From assembly GCA_964383955.1 (NCBI GenBank), contig CAYLJQ010000001.1:1-39738 (forward strand): 39,738 bases of DNA. Reading direction: 5' to 3'. Of this stretch, positions 10,141 through 19,329 are shown in pieces. The position numbers were made by a program, and so were the translations under genes. Under the pieces are notes generated by a model, which made no database searches, had not been told where the DNA came from, and saw only the letters and a list, made by a program, of their open reading frames with translations. The DNA comes from an uncultured Heliomicrobium sp. Lineage in GTDB: Bacteria > Acidobacteriota > Blastocatellia > RBC074. Positions within the stretch are counted from its first letter, which is position 1. Each line of letters begins with the position of its first letter.

Positions 10141-11373
10141 ATGAAGAAGTCTTCTGTGACAAGCAGGCTTTTTTCACCGCAGAGGCGCAGAGAGCCGCAG
10201 AGTTTTCGCAGAGTTTTCTCTGCGCTTCCTTTGCGTTTTCTACGTCTCTGCGGTTTGTCGCTGGTTTTGTGTTTTTCAGTTTTTGGCCAAAACCCGCCGA
10301 CTTCAATTCGCTGGGTTCCGGCTGAAGGCGGCAAGATGGCTGTTGAAATCGTCGGCCTGAGTTCCGCCACGTTGCAGCAACTGGCCAAATGGAACGTGCC
10401 GCAATTCCAACGCTTACTGTCGGTTTACGCAGGAAAGGTTGATGCGAATTTGCCGCCAATGCTTGGCAAGTATCGAATCGAAGCCGATGCGCTGCGCTTC
10501 GAACCTCAATTCGCTCCCGAACCCGGCGTCACGTACCGAGCCGTTTTTCTGCCCGCCCAACTGCCTGGCAATTCCGCTGCTAGAAATTCTGTGGTCACCG
10601 CAACGTTCGCGTTGCCGCCGCGCAATCTGACGCCGACAACCGTCGTCACGCAGATTTATCCCAGCGCGGATGTGTTGCCGGAAAATCTGCTGAAGTTTTA
10701 CCTGCACTTTTCAGCGCCGATGCGGCGCGGGGACATCTATCAGCACATTCGATTGCTGGATTCGGCGGGCAAAGCCGTCGAGCTTCCCTTTCTGGAAATT
10801 GACGAAGAGTTGTGGAATCAGGATTTCACGCGGCTGACGCTGTTCATTGATCCCGGCAGAATCAAACGCGGAGTCAAACCGCTGGAAGAAATTGGGCCTT
10901 CGCTGGAAGCGGGGAAAAGCTATCGCCTGGTGATTGATCGTGAATGGCGCGATGGCAACGGCGCGCCGATGAAAGAAAGTTTTGAAAAATCTTTTCGGGT
11001 TGCGCCGCCTGTTCGCCAGCCGATTGATCCGGCGCAATGGCAAATTGCTGCGCCGAAGGCGGGCTCGCGCGATCCCGTGACGATCACATTCCCTGCCCCG
11101 ATGGAACACGCGCTCGCCGCACGAATGATTGTTGTGACAACTGACCTGGGCAAAACCGTCTTGGGAACTGTCACGCTGGGAAATCAGGAACGTCTTTGGA
11201 AATTCGTCCCCGATAGCGCATGGCTTCGCGGGCAATACAATCTGGTGATTCAAACTACGATTGAAGATTTGGCGGGCAACAACATCGGCAAACCTTTTGA
11301 GGTGGATGTATTCAACAGCGTTCAGCGCCAGTTGACCAGCCAAACCGTAAAACTGACTTTTGACATTCGATAA
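10141..11373 (+). CDS. Hypothetical secreted protein; the 5' end overlaps a palindromic repeat, so the start is uncertain
   Basis: 410-aa ORF. Its ATG lies 3 nt after the upstream stop (TAA CAG ATG), which suggests translational coupling. The hydrophobic LCGLSLVLCFSVFG followed by QNPP looks like a signal-peptide core. Residues about 11-38 are encoded by the repeat at 10173-10255. Confidence 0.7.
   Translation: MKKSSVTSRLFSPQRRREPQSFRRVFSALPLRFLRLCGLSLVLCFSVFGQNPPTSIRWVPAEGGKMAVEIVGLSSATLQQLAKWNVPQFQRLLSVYAGKVDANLPPMLGKYRIEADALRFEPQFAPEPGVTYRAVFLPAQLPGNSAARNSVVTATFALPPRNLTPTTVVTQIYPSADVLPENLLKFYLHFSAPMRRGDIYQHIRLLDSAGKAVELPFLEIDEELWNQDFTRLTLFIDPGRIKRGVKPLEEIGPSLEAGKSYRLVIDREWRDGNGAPMKESFEKSFRVAPPVRQPIDPAQWQIAAPKAGSRDPVTITFPAPMEHALAARMIVVTTDLGKTVLGTVTLGNQERLWKFVPDSAWLRGQYNLVIQTTIEDLAGNNIGKPFEVDVFNSVQRQLTSQTVKLTFDIR
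10173..10255. repeat. Degenerate copy of the CGCAGAG-type palindromic element (same family as 19199-19292)
   Basis: The left end TTCACCGCAGAGGCGCAGAGAGCCGCAGAG...CGCAGAG is near-identical to the start of the 19199 copy. The right half, CTGCGCTTCC..GTCTCTGCGGT, is a decayed inverted copy. Confidence 0.7.
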
Positions 11374-11456
11374 GAGAGCCAGGTTTCCAGCCTGCTCTAA
11401 GTTAGTACCGCACAGACGGAGAACCTGTGTTACTCATTTCGGAGGAAAACGATTCA

Positions 11457-12836
11457 ATGAAACGATGGATTGCTCTTGCCAGCCTGACATTGCTGGCGTT
11501 TGTCGGAACCGCTTTTAACTCAACCGATTCAATTTCTTCCGCGCCTGATCCGGCGCATTGGCCGCAATGGCGCGGGCCGTTTTTCAACGGCATGGCGCGC
11601 ACAGCCGCCCCAACCGATTTCAGCCCAACCAAAAACGTCAAATGGAAAGTCGCCATCGAAGGTCGCGGATTTTCCACGCCCGTAATCTGGGGCGACAAAA
11701 TGTTTTTGACGACGGCAATTCCGACCGGCAAAACGGTCGCGCCTGCACCGGCTGCTGAAAATCGCCCTGGCGGCGGTGGTCGGCCAGGCGGTGGTGGGGC
11801 CGGAGGCGGCGCTGGAGCCGGCGAAGAGCATAAATTCGTCGTGCTTTGCCTGGATCGCAAAACCGGCAAAACGCTGTGGGAGCGCGTCGTCAAAACCGCC
11901 GTCCCGCACGAAGGCTATCACCGTCAGTATGGCAGCTTTGCATCGAACGCTCCGCTGACCGACGGCAAATATGTGTATGCGTCGTTCGGTTCGCGCGGAA
12001 TTTACTGCTTCGATTTGAACGGGAAGCCGATTTGGGAAAAAGACCTGGGCGTGCAAATGCGCATGCGGCTGCAATTCGGCGAAGGCACAGCTCCGGCGTT
12101 GTTCGGCAATCTGCTGATTCATCACTACGACCAGGAAAACGGATCGTTTGTCGTCGCCCTGGACAAACGAAACGGCAAAGAAGTCTGGCGGCAAGCTCGC
12201 GATGAACAAAGCTCTTGGGCAACACCTTTCATCGCAGATGCCAAAGGCCAAAAACAGCTGATCATCAGCGCTTCCAAGAAAACGCGCGCCTATGATCCGA
12301 CGAATGGCAAACTGATCTGGGAATGCGCCGGGCTGGGCAGCAACGTCATTCCCCATCCGGTTCAACTCAACGACATTGTTCTGGTGATGAGCGGCCATCG
12401 CGATCCGAAACTGATGGCCATCCGGCTGGGCAAAGAAGGCGACCTGTCCGGCACCGACGCCGTGTTGTGGAGCCAAACGCGCGGAACGGCGTACACACCG
12501 TCGCCTGTGTTGCACGACAACAAATACTACACGCTGAGCGACAACGGCTTGCTGAGCTGTTTCAATGCGACAACCGGCGAACCCTATTACCAGCAAAAAC
12601 GATTGCCGCAGACGGACACTTTCAAAGCTTCGCCCACGGGCGCTGGCGACAAACTGTACCTGGCCAGCGAAAGCGGAGTTGTGACGGTGGTCAAAATGGG
12701 CGAACAAATGGAAATCGTGAATTCGACAACCTTTGACGATCATTTCTTTGTCGCGTCGCCGGTCGTGGCTGAAGGCGAGCTTTACCTTCGCAGCAAAACG
12801 CATCTGTTCTGCATCAGCGACGGCAAGACGAAGTAA
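11457..12836 (+). CDS. PQQ-like (BamB-like) beta-propeller repeat protein, secreted
   Basis: The ORF track gives 11427-12836 with a GTG start. I prefer the ATG at 11457 (MKRWIALASLTLLAFVG signal peptide), preceded by GGAGGAAAA. The string HWPQWRGP and repeated W/G blade motifs (PVIWGDKMF, GKPIWEKDLG, GKLIWEC, ASPVVAEGELYLRS) are typical of PQQ-like repeat proteins. Confidence 0.9.
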   Translation: MKRWIALASLTLLAFVGTAFNSTDSISSAPDPAHWPQWRGPFFNGMARTAAPTDFSPTKNVKWKVAIEGRGFSTPVIWGDKMFLTTAIPTGKTVAPAPAAENRPGGGGRPGGGGAGGGAGAGEEHKFVVLCLDRKTGKTLWERVVKTAVPHEGYHRQYGSFASNAPLTDGKYVYASFGSRGIYCFDLNGKPIWEKDLGVQMRMRLQFGEGTAPALFGNLLIHHYDQENGSFVVALDKRNGKEVWRQARDEQSSWATPFIADAKGQKQLIISASKKTRAYDPTNGKLIWECAGLGSNVIPHPVQLNDIVLVMSGHRDPKLMAIRLGKEGDLSGTDAVLWSQTRGTAYTPSPVLHDNKYYTLSDNGLLSCFNATTGEPYYQQKRLPQTDTFKASPTGAGDKLYLASESGVVTVVKMGEQMEIVNSTTFDDHFFVASPVVAEGELYLRSKTHLFCISDGKTK

Positions 12837-12838
12837 AG

Positions 12839-13801
12839 TCAGCGCGTCGCCAGCAACGCCAGCGTCGCCCATCCGGTGGTGGAAATCCGCTGCGCGTAAC
12901 TTTCGCCGCCCGATGGCCGAGTGGTTTCAGGCCAACTGCCATCGGGTTGCTGTTCGGCAATCAAAAACTTTCTGCCGCGCGCGATCGCGGCTTCGACTTC
13001 TGATCGGTTTTTGAATTCGGCAAGCGCCAGCAAGACAACAGCGGTGTCGAAAACTTCAGGCGGTGAATCGGCATAAGGTCCCCAACCGCCGTCGCTGGTT
13101 TGTGCCGCGCGAATGAATTTCAGCGAAGCATTTTGTTTTTGCTGGTCGGCAGCTTCGCTGGAAAACATCAGCAACGCCGCCGCCGTCAAGACATTGTTCG
13201 GCGAAGTTTGGCGCAACCAGATTTCGGCTTTTTGAATCGCGGCTTTTGTTTCGGCAAGGTTGGCGGCTTTCAAGGTTCTGAGCGCCATCAGCGTAGCCAG
13301 CGGGGTTCCGTACGTGGCAGGCGCTCCGGGCAAGTTTCCGGCATCAATCCGCCAGGCTCCGTTTGCACTTTGATCGGCGACTAGCAATCGAGCGGCTTCT
13401 TCCAGTGGACGGCGGTCTTTGATCTGCCCAACTTCGATCGCCGCCAGCAGCGAAGCCGAGAATTGAATGTTGGCCAGGCGTTTGTCGCTGAAGCCCGGAT
13501 CACCTTTGTTTTCTTTCCAGCCTGCGGGTTTTGAAACCCAAGCGTTCGTATCGGCTAGCGCATTGGCCGGAACGTTTAAGCCTTTGCGGGTTGCGGCGTA
13601 CAAGGCTCGCGCGGCGTCGCCGTTGTTGTGACAGGAAAAACAGCCGTTGTTTTTTGACCAGGCTGGAACTTCTTTGGTCAGAAAAAGGATGGCTTTCGTT
13701 TCAGGATCATTGGCGGAAATTGGCGAATATTGGCTAAACCAACTTGCACTAAAAACGATTGCCGTCAAAAATAAAACTCGTTTTATTCGTCGCAGAATCA
13801 T
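12839..13801 (-). CDS. Prenyltransferase/squalene-oxidase-repeat (alpha/alpha-toroid) protein with an N-terminal CxxCH
   Basis: 320-aa ORF with a signal/anchor (MILRRIKRVLFLTAIVFSASWF). CFSCH sits in NNGCFSCHNNGDAA. Recurrent QxxDGxW-type repeats are present (ADQSANGAWR, AQTSDGGWGP, EQQPDGSWPE). Confidence 0.85.
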   Translation of the reverse strand: MILRRIKRVLFLTAIVFSASWFSQYSPISANDPETKAILFLTKEVPAWSKNNGCFSCHNNGDAARALYAATRKGLNVPANALADTNAWVSKPAGWKENKGDPGFSDKRLANIQFSASLLAAIEVGQIKDRRPLEEAARLLVADQSANGAWRIDAGNLPGAPATYGTPLATLMALRTLKAANLAETKAAIQKAEIWLRQTSPNNVLTAAALLMFSSEAADQQKQNASLKFIRAAQTSDGGWGPYADSPPEVFDTAVVLLALAEFKNRSEVEAAIARGRKFLIAEQQPDGSWPETTRPSGGESYAQRISTTGWATLALLATR

Positions 13802-13831
13802 CGGAATTCATTTTACGTTTCCAAGCTGGGA

Positions 13832-16357
13832 TTGCACATGCCAAGAAAGACTCTCTTACGACTGTTGATTGTTTTATTGCCGCTGATCTGGTTTGCCGTG
13901 GGCGCACCTGCCCGATTTGCACAAAAGCCCGCCGCGAAAGCTCCGAGCGCTGATTTCGACAAAACCATTCAGCCGTTTCTGGCGGAAAATTGCATCGCCT
14001 GCCACAGCGCCAAAAAAGCTTCCGGCGAATTGAATCTGGAACAGTTCAAAACCACTGCGGCTGTTCTGGAACATCGTGATCAATGGGAACACGTGCTGTT
14101 GAAGCTGAAAACAGGCGAAATGCCTCCCAAAGGATTTCCGCGTCCAGACGCGACGGAACTGAAAACTGTCATTGGCTGGCTGGAATCGGAATTTGACCGC
14201 GCCGACCGCATGACCAAACCTGATCCGGGTCGCGTGACAGCTCGGCGGTTGAACCGCGCCGAATACAACAACACTGTGCGCGATTTGCTTGGTGTCAGCT
14301 TCAAACCAGCGGACGATTTTCCGCAAGACGATTCCGGGTACGGCTTCGATAACATCGGCGACGTTTTGTCGCTGTCACCTGTGCTGATGGAAAAGTATCT
14401 GACGGCAGCAGAAAGCGTCGCTCGCACGGCGGTTTTCGGCACGGAGCAATTGAAACCCAGAGTCGAACGACTACGCCCGCCCGGTGGCCGAATCAAGACA
14501 AGCACAACGCCGCTGACCGATTACGATCTGACGGGATTGAGCCTGCCTAATGCCTTGCACTCGTCGCACCGCTTCCCCGTCGAAGCCGAATACAATTTCA
14601 AAGTTTTCCTTGGCGGAGTTCGTCCGGCGGGTTCTGAGCCATTGCCGCTGGCATTGTGGATTGACGGCAAACTGACGCAGACGTTTGATTTCGATCCTGA
14701 TGGCATCGCTTCGTTTTCGGTAGATCGCCAGGATTTCGGTTCCATGACGTATGACTTTCGCGCCCGCATTCCAGCGGGCGATCATTGGGTCGCGGTTTCG
14801 ATCCAGCGAATGTACGAAGGTTTGCCGCACACTTATGGCGGCCCGAATCCGTCGAAGCGTCCCATTCCGCCCAAGCCCGAATTCAAGCCGCCTCGTCGCG
14901 AAATACCGCCCGAACGTCTTGCCGAAATAAAAAAACAATTCGAAGCGCGGCAGGCTGAAAAAGTTCCGGTCAATGAAGCTCGCATCACGGGGTTGGATGT
15001 CATTGGCCCTTACAACCAAACCAAAGGCGCATCCGCTGAAAGCCGGAAAATGATTTTTGTTTGCGGCCACGCGGATGGTCAGCATCAACCCGCTTGCGGC
15101 AGCAAAATCATTGGCAATCTGGCGCGTCGCGCGTATCGCCGCCCGGTCGCGTCCGAAGAAGTAAACAAGCTGACCAGCTTCATCGCAATGGCGCAAAAAC
15201 GCGGCGATTCCTTTGAAGAAGGTTTGGTGCAGGCGCTTCAGGCGATGCTGGTTTCGCCGCACTTCCTGTTCCGAATCGAGCAAGACCGCAAAAACGCAAC
15301 CGCTGACGCGATGCAGCAAATCGGCCAGCACGAACTGGCTTCGCGGCTGTCGTACTTTTTGTGGAGCAGCATGCCGGACGATGAATTGCTGCGGCTGGCC
15401 GATGAACAGAAACTTCGTAAACCCGAAGTGCTGACCGCGCAGGTTCAGCGAATGCTAAAAGATCCGAAGTCTTCTTCGCTGGTGGAAAACTTCGCCGGTC
15501 AATGGCTGGAACTTCGCCGCCTGGAATCAGCCAAACCCGACCGCGACCGTTTCCCCCAATTCGACGAATACTTCCGCCTGTCCATCCGCCGAGAAACCGA
15601 ATTGTTTTTCGACAACATCATTCGCCAGGATCGCTCGCTGCTGGATTTCATTGACGCGGATTATTCATTCCTGAATGAACGGCTGGCGCGGTTTTACCAG
15701 GTTCCAGGCGTTTCGGGGCCGGAGTTTCGCAAAGTCACATTGCCCGCCGATTCCAATCGCGGCGGCATTCTGACGCATGCCAGCGTGTTGACGGTGTCCT
15801 CTTATGCAACTAGAACTTCAGTCGTGTTGCGTGGCAAATGGATTTTGGACAATGTGTTGAATGCGCCGCCGCCGCCTGCGCCACCGGGTGTGCCGAATCT
15901 GGACGAAACCAAAATCGGAACAGCGACAACGCTGCGGCAACAGATGGAACAACATCGCACGAATCCGACGTGCGCGGCATGCCACGCGCGGCTTGATCCG
16001 TTGGGCTTCGGACTGGAAAATTTCGATGCCATCGGCGGCTGGCGAACCATGGACGGCAAATTCCCAATTGATTCGTCTGGAATTTTGCCCGATGGCAGAA
16101 GCTTCAAAGGCGTGGCTGAGTTGAAAACAATCCTGAAAGCCGACCGCGATTCGTTTGCCGAAGGCGTGACGGATAAACTGCTGACGTATGCCTTGGGACG
16201 CGGGCTGGAACGGTACGACCGAATCACTGTCAAACAGATTGCCAGACAGGTGGCCGCAAAAGAATATAAATTTTCCAGCTTGGTGATGGAAATCGTGAAC
16301 AGCTTGCCATTCCAATACAGGCGAGGCACAGTTTCACAGACAGCAAAAACAAACTGA
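13832..16357 (+). CDS. Large secreted heme-c protein of the DUF1592/DUF1588/DUF1595-type (planctomycete PSD-like) family
   Basis: 841-aa ORF with a signal peptide. CIACHS sits in FLAENCIACHSAKKASGELNLE, followed by GEMPPKG. The C-terminal half has strings I associate with DUF1592/DUF1588/DUF1585 proteins (NFAGQWLELRRL, YSFLNERLARFYQ, RGGILTHASVLT, NPTCAACHARLDPLGF). The family assignment is from memory, not from a search. Confidence 0.9.
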   Translation: MHMPRKTLLRLLIVLLPLIWFAVGAPARFAQKPAAKAPSADFDKTIQPFLAENCIACHSAKKASGELNLEQFKTTAAVLEHRDQWEHVLLKLKTGEMPPKGFPRPDATELKTVIGWLESEFDRADRMTKPDPGRVTARRLNRAEYNNTVRDLLGVSFKPADDFPQDDSGYGFDNIGDVLSLSPVLMEKYLTAAESVARTAVFGTEQLKPRVERLRPPGGRIKTSTTPLTDYDLTGLSLPNALHSSHRFPVEAEYNFKVFLGGVRPAGSEPLPLALWIDGKLTQTFDFDPDGIASFSVDRQDFGSMTYDFRARIPAGDHWVAVSIQRMYEGLPHTYGGPNPSKRPIPPKPEFKPPRREIPPERLAEIKKQFEARQAEKVPVNEARITGLDVIGPYNQTKGASAESRKMIFVCGHADGQHQPACGSKIIGNLARRAYRRPVASEEVNKLTSFIAMAQKRGDSFEEGLVQALQAMLVSPHFLFRIEQDRKNATADAMQQIGQHELASRLSYFLWSSMPDDELLRLADEQKLRKPEVLTAQVQRMLKDPKSSSLVENFAGQWLELRRLESAKPDRDRFPQFDEYFRLSIRRETELFFDNIIRQDRSLLDFIDADYSFLNERLARFYQVPGVSGPEFRKVTLPADSNRGGILTHASVLTVSSYATRTSVVLRGKWILDNVLNAPPPPAPPGVPNLDETKIGTATTLRQQMEQHRTNPTCAACHARLDPLGFGLENFDAIGGWRTMDGKFPIDSSGILPDGRSFKGVAELKTILKADRDSFAEGVTDKLLTYALGRGLERYDRITVKQIARQVAAKEYKFSSLVMEIVNSLPFQYRRGTVSQTAKTN

Positions 16358-16394
16358 GATAACAAATAGCTCTATCGTAGGAGAGACGACAGAA

Positions 16395-17753
<1,359 letters not shown>

Positions 17754-17769
17754 GTCCGGCACGGATTGG

Positions 17770-17847
17770 AACCACAAAAGGCACAAAAGGCACAAAAGGC
17801 ACAAAACAATCAAATCGTTTTTTGTGTCTTTTGTGCCTTTTGTGGTT
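17770..17847. repeat. Palindromic element built from tandem 9-mers (GCACAAAAG)
   Basis: The left arm has four tandem 9-mers: CCACAAAAG, GCACAAAAG, GCACAAAAG, GCACAAAAC (17772-17807). The right arm carries three inverted units (..TTTTGTGTCTTTTGTGCCTTTTGTGG, ending 17847). It lies 17 nt after the DUF1552 stop and probably also acts as a terminator. Confidence 0.8.
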
Positions 17848-17890
17848 AGTATTTGTTCCAACTGGTTCAGTTCCATCCTTTGAGTACACA

Positions 17891-19168
17891 ATGAAACGCA
17901 TCATGTTGCTTCCCCTGCTGCTTTGCTTGTTGGCTGCAATAGCTGCGCCGAGTTTCGCCGTGGAGCAGAGCGCTGGAGTCGCGCGCGTCGAAATCACGCC
18001 GCCGGTTGGCTTTCCGATGGGCGGTTATGCCGCGCGACAAGGGCCATCCACAGGCGTTCACGATCCGCTGTTTGCAACGGTGCTGCTGCTGAAAGCCGAT
18101 GGCGTCAGCATCGCGATTGTCAGTTGCGATTTGCGCTCGTTCCCTTCCGAACGAATCATCACCTTGGCACGCGAGCGCAAGCTGGCCGACCACGTGTTGA
18201 TCGCCGTCACGCACAATCATTCCGGCCCTATGACCTGGGAAGACAAAAGCTGGCCCAAGCCTGAGCGTTCGTGGTTCACCGAAACCGAAGACAAAATTCT
18301 GATCGCCATTGAAGAAGCTTCGAAAAAGCTTTTTCCTGCTCGCATAGCCGCAGGCTTCACCGAAATCTATCTTGGCCACAACCGCCGCAAGGTCGCCGCC
18401 GACGGCAAAGTCACAATGTTCTGGCGAAACGCGGAAAAACTTCCGACTTCGCCAATTGATCCCAGCCTGGGTGTGATTCGCGTGGACGATGAAACCGGCA
18501 AACCGCGCGCAGTGATCGTCAACTACGCTTGCCACGCTGTCGTGCTGGGGCCGGACAACCGCCAGATTTCGGCGGATTATCCGGGGTATGTGCGCCAGCG
18601 TGTCGAACGCGAATTGCCAGGTGCGCTTTGCCTGTTCACGCAAGGCGGCGCGGGTGACATCAATCCGTATCTGGACAAACAGCCTGTCGCCGAAAACGGG
18701 TTTGGCGAAGCCGAGAAGATGGGCAACGCGCTGGCTGAAGAATCCTTGAAAGTTGCGCGAAAGCTAAAGCCGGAAGCCAATTCATCTGCAAGGCTTCAAA
18801 CTGTCGCTGAAGTCAAAGAATTCCGCGACCGATGGGACGCAACGAAAACGATCAAAGCCGGGCTGACGACTTTGCTGCTGAATAACAACATCGCCATTGC
18901 CACAATGCCGGGCGAACCATTTGTAGATTTACAGATTGCGCTACGCGACAAGTCGGAAATCGCCAACACCTTCCTGTTCGGTTACACATACAGCGCAGGC
19001 GGCGAATGGATCGGTTACGTGCCGACGATTCGCGCGGCCAGCGAAGGCGGTTACGGAGCCGGTTACAACACGCGCATTGAAGTCGGCGCTGGCGAAGCAA
19101 TGATTGATCGCGCCATCGTCAATTTGTTCACTTTGCAGGGCAAGCTGAAAAAATCACCAAGCTTTTAA
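17891..19168 (+). CDS. Secreted neutral/alkaline ceramidase N-terminal-domain-like hydrolase (paralog 1)
   Basis: The ORF track gives 17822-19168 with a TTG start inside the repeat. I prefer the ATG at 17891 ([23 protein letters not shown] signal peptide). The strings [35 protein letters not shown] and GGAGDINP match my memory of the Ceramidase_alk N-terminal domain. Confidence 0.88.
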   Translation: MKRIMLLPLLLCLLAAIAAPSFAVEQSAGVARVEITPPVGFPMGGYAARQGPSTGVHDPLFATVLLLKADGVSIAIVSCDLRSFPSERIITLARERKLADHVLIAVTHNHSGPMTWEDKSWPKPERSWFTETEDKILIAIEEASKKLFPARIAAGFTEIYLGHNRRKVAADGKVTMFWRNAEKLPTSPIDPSLGVIRVDDETGKPRAVIVNYACHAVVLGPDNRQISADYPGYVRQRVERELPGALCLFTQGGAGDINPYLDKQPVAENGFGEAEKMGNALAEESLKVARKLKPEANSSARLQTVAEVKEFRDRWDATKTIKAGLTTLLLNNNIAIATMPGEPFVDLQIALRDKSEIANTFLFGYTYSAGGEWIGYVPTIRAASEGGYGAGYNTRIEVGAGEAMIDRAIVNLFTLQGKLKKSPSF

Positions 19169-19198
19169 TTATGACTGACGGATCACATTGCAATCTTT

Positions 19199-19292
19199 TT
19201 CACCGCAGAGGCGCTAAGACCGCAGAGGAAGCGCAGAGTTATTGCTCAAAGCTCTGCGCTTCCTCTGCAACACTCTGCGCCTCTGCGGTGAA
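19199..19292. repeat. CGCAGAG-type palindromic intergenic element (well-preserved copy)
   Basis: The left arm (19199-19238, TTCACCGCAGAGGCGCTAAGACCGCAGAGGAAGCGCAGAG) and the right arm (19252-19292, CTCTGCGCTTCCTCTGCAACACTCTGCGCCTCTGCGGTGAA) are about 40-nt inverted repeats with a few mismatches. The loop is 13 nt. The element lies between the two ceramidase-like paralogs. Confidence 0.85.
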
Positions 19293-19329
19293 ATGAAATG
19301 CAGGGTCGAAGACCTTCAACGAAAAAGCT

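Noticed and set aside
11529-12872. 447-aa minus-strand ORF antisense to the PQQ-like gene
   Set aside because: It is Arg/Ala-rich with no signal peptide, motifs or RBS. It fully overlaps a + strand ORF that has a clear signal peptide, an RBS and propeller repeats. This is the typical antisense open frame of a GC-rich coding region.
14471-15331. 286-aa minus-strand ORF (and neighbours 13874-14326, 15802-16365) antisense to the DUF1592-family gene
   Set aside because: These ORFs have no recognisable motifs and an Arg-rich composition. They are entirely embedded in a well-supported 841-aa CDS on the other strand.
17772-17807. Tandem 9-mers considered as a possible CRISPR or minisatellite array
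   Set aside because: The units are contiguous with no spacers, only 9 nt long, and mirrored by an inverted arm. This is a palindromic repeat, not a CRISPR array.
17867-18643. 258-aa minus-strand ORF antisense to ceramidase-like paralog 1
   Set aside because: It overlaps a CDS that has a signal peptide and family motifs. Its composition is typical of antisense frames.
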